The notes beneath the pieces were generated by a model, which made no database searches, was not told the origin of the DNA, and was given only the letters and a program-made list of their open reading frames with translations. Both the position numbers and the translations under genes were made by a program. Positions 61,301 through 64,000 of a stretch of 64,000 nt of DNA are shown piece by piece (the stretch's first letter is position 1; each line of letters starts with the position of its first letter). The DNA comes from Monocercomonoides exilis PA203 (taxonomy: Eukaryota > Protista > Preaxostyla): the NCBI GenBank assembly GCA_001643675.2, contig LSRY02000049.1, forward strand, positions 620,001 to 684,000, in the 5' to 3' direction.

Positions 61301-64000
61301 GGGAGGGGTGTATTTGTGGTTTGGAGGGCTGGAGGCGGTGTACTCGATGAAGGATTTGGAGTTCAGCGAGAACAGTGCGTACCAAGGGCGGGATGTGTAT
61401 GTGGTGTGCGAAAAGCCGCGGCTGATGATGAATGCGATATACTGGAGCGGGACGGCGTCGAGCGAGGAGAGCAGCGAGGAGCAGAAGCGGCTGTGGGTGG
61501 TGGACAAGGAGCCTCACGAATATGTGAGCACAAGCCTGTTTGAGTACTTGTTTGCGAGTGTTGCAGAAATTGTGTTTGTGAACAAGGACGGGTGGAGCGA
61601 AAGCGAATGCGGGTTCGAGGACACGCCGTGCAGCAGTGTCGAAACGGGGCTTGGGCAGATGGAAGCAGCGCAGTCGATCATCCACATCAAGAAGGAGGCG
61701 CCGCTGAACGGGACAGTGAACAGAGGGAGCGAGCCGCTGACGATCCGAGGGAACAGCGAGAAGGGGAAGATGAGCGTTGGGAGCGGAGCGCACCTGGAGG
61801 TGACAGAGGGTGTGGCACGAACAACGCTGATGCTGTCGAATGTTGTTGTTGCCCTTGGGGAAGGGCTGGCAGAGGCAGAATTGGTGGAGCTGAGGTGTGG
61901 AATGGCTGTGGTGATTGACAGCGAGATTGTGGATGAGAGCGCAGCAGGGCATGGAGGCGGGTGGAGGATCGCGTCGATTCATGGGGGAGAGCTGGATATG
62001 AGCAGGGTGAGGATCGGGAAGATGGATGTGATTGGAGAAGGGGAATTGTTTTTGGTGTGCGGAGGGTCGCTGAAGATGGAGGACAGCTGTGCGAATGGGG
62101 TGTGTGGGAGAGGGAATGGGATGATTGCTGGGAAGGAAGGAAGGATTGTGGAGATGTTGAATGTGAGCATTGCCGAATGCGATTTTGAGAACGGGCATGT
62201 TGCGACAATTTGGAGCGGGATTGGGAATGCAACGATATCAAACTGCACATTCACAGATTGCTCGTCGATGTCGGATGGTGCATGTGTGAGCGGAAAGATA
62301 GGAGGGGACATGGAGTTTTGTGTTGAAGAGACGGAAATGAGCGGATGCCGATGCACAAAGGAAGGAGAAGGAAAAGGGGGTGGGATGTTGATGGACATGA
62401 GGAGCGGGCGGGTGCAGAAGTATCTGGTGCGGGATGTCAGTTTTGAGGGAAACGATGCGTGCTTTGGGAGAAATGTGTTTGTGGAGTGCTTGAGCCTGAA
62501 CGAGAGTGTCACAGCAGACCGAATGGTGTTGAGGTGGGGCTCAGCGGAAGATGATGGGAACGGATATGTTGGGGCAGACAGCACATTTGAGCTGATCACA
62601 CTGGAGCTGTTTCTGGTCAGATACGACGGCGGTGTGGTTGCTGTGTCGAATGCAGGATACGACATGATTGGGTGTGGAGGGGAGCAGCATCCGTGTTTTT
62701 CGTTCTGGCAAGGGTATCGGAACTTGGGAGCAGATTATGAAGAGCGGAAGATGGCTGTTGAGAACGGGTGCGAGATTGCAGGCGAGTTTGATGTTTCGGC
62801 GATGACAGTGGAATCAGCCAGTGCAGAAGCAGAGGCTGCCTTATCGTTTTCGGAGCAGTGGGCAGACGGCCAGGTGGAATGGGTTCTGGGAACAAGCGGC
62901 AAAACTGTTCTGAGCCTGTTGCACTTGTGTGTGCCACAATCGCTAAGTGAGCCCCACAGAACACTGATATGCTGCACCGCACCATCTGGCGCATTGAACA
63001 TCAGCCATTGCTCGTTTTCTGCAGAGCATGCAAAGCGCATATCGTTTTCGCTGATCACAGTGAACGGCGGGCACATGACGATGAGCGACTGCACAATGGA
63101 GCACGTGACCGGAGCAGCACCGCCGATTGTTTCGTGTGGCGGCACAGCAATATCGAATTGCACAATAAAGGAGATTAAGTGCAGCGAGAGCAAGGAAGGA
63201 GGGGCTGTGCATGCGGTTTTGAAAGGAGACTGGAGACTTGTGATGAGCGAGTGCAAGATGAGCAGTTGCAGCTGCTCGGTGGAGGAAGGAAAAGGGGGTG
63301 GACTGTTTGTGGATGGAAGCGAATCGGAGGATGATGAGCCGTTTTTGTTCACAGATGTTGAAGTGTCCCTGAATGCTGCACACATGGGTGTGAATGCGTT
63401 TGTTGTTGCAAGAGACCTGAACAGCTCGATAACGAGAGCAACGTTTGGGTTTAAGAGCAGCAGAGGGGAAGAAGAAGGGAACGACTTTGTGGGAAGGGAT
63501 GGGGTGTTTGGGGAGACGGATCTGTATCGGTTTGTGAGGGAGTACAGGAGCACAGTGATTCACATCTCGTCAGTTGGGGGATTCGATGTGATGCGGTGTG
63601 GGAGCGCAGCAGAGCCGTGCAGCACATTCTGGATGGGGATGCAGAAGTTGGAGAAGGAGACGAAAATGAGATCGGTGAGGGTGCAGGGAGAGCTGAGGAT
63701 TGCAGATGGATTTGATCTGACGAACTGCAGTGTCGAATGCGAGGACGGCGTGGCAGGGGAAGATGCAGCATGCAACATGGTATTTGACATGGAGGGAGAC
63801 AGCGAGTGGGATGGTGTCATGTGCAACAAGGGAGAGCTGGTGCTTGATGGAATATGCATGAGTGTGAAGAAGATGGGCGAGGAAAGGGAAGCAAATGTGG
63901 TTGTGAACGAGCAAGGCAGCCTTTGGATTCGCAGATGCAAGATGACTTCGGCGAGCGCGGGAGAAGGCCAGCACAAGAGCCGGTTCAACTATGTGGCGAT
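55353..64000 (+). CDS. Giant Cys/Gly/Val-rich right-handed beta-helix (pectin-lyase-fold/Pmp-like) surface protein; two frameshifts near 61100 and 61285; runs off the window
   Basis: Signal-like N-terminus, GGG(A/I/L) and F..C/N repeats, and recurring ~330-400-aa modules opening with GxD..CG....C.(S/T). The modules continue past the 1955-aa ORF in another frame (61100-61290), then in the original frame (GGGVYLWFGG..FSENSAYQGRDVYV..) towards the window end. Confidence 0.85.

Noticed and set aside
55565-63988. Long Pro/Ser/His-rich minus-strand ORFs
   Set aside because: They are antisense shadows of the G-rich beta-helix gene.

Overview
AT-rich, intron-containing eukaryotic genomic DNA with short GT-AG introns and the standard code (TAA, TAG and TGA all end genes). 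The gene content, including an expanded Cys/Gly-rich beta-helix surface protein family and a TmcB-like hemerythrin membrane protein, resembles an oxymonad such as Monocercomonoides; this assignment is an inference. The left block (1-16.6 kb) holds ArfGAP, a WWE-like/CBM48 fusion, a giant coiled-coil protein and three tandem paralogues sharing an unrecognised ~110-aa domain. The middle block (17.2-38.0 kb) is a transposon island bracketed by 49-bp inverted repeats. It contains a dead pogo/Fot-like DD35D transposase split by a 3.7-kb non-autonomous element (207-bp TIRs, 8-bp TSD) that carries gene fragments, several beta-helix pseudogene pieces, and one intact 5-exon gene encoding a Sola2-like DDD transposase with a complete USP (peptidase C19) domain inserted in it. 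That gene is followed 25 nt later by a ~250-nt multi-stem RNA-like structure. The right block (38.3-64 kb) holds V-ATPase subunit H, a choline-transporter-like protein, an unknown 2-TM protein, a TmcB-like/hemerythrin protein with one in-frame TGA, and a >2800-aa beta-helix protein with two compensating frameshifts. All calls come from reading motifs by eye; no searches were run.
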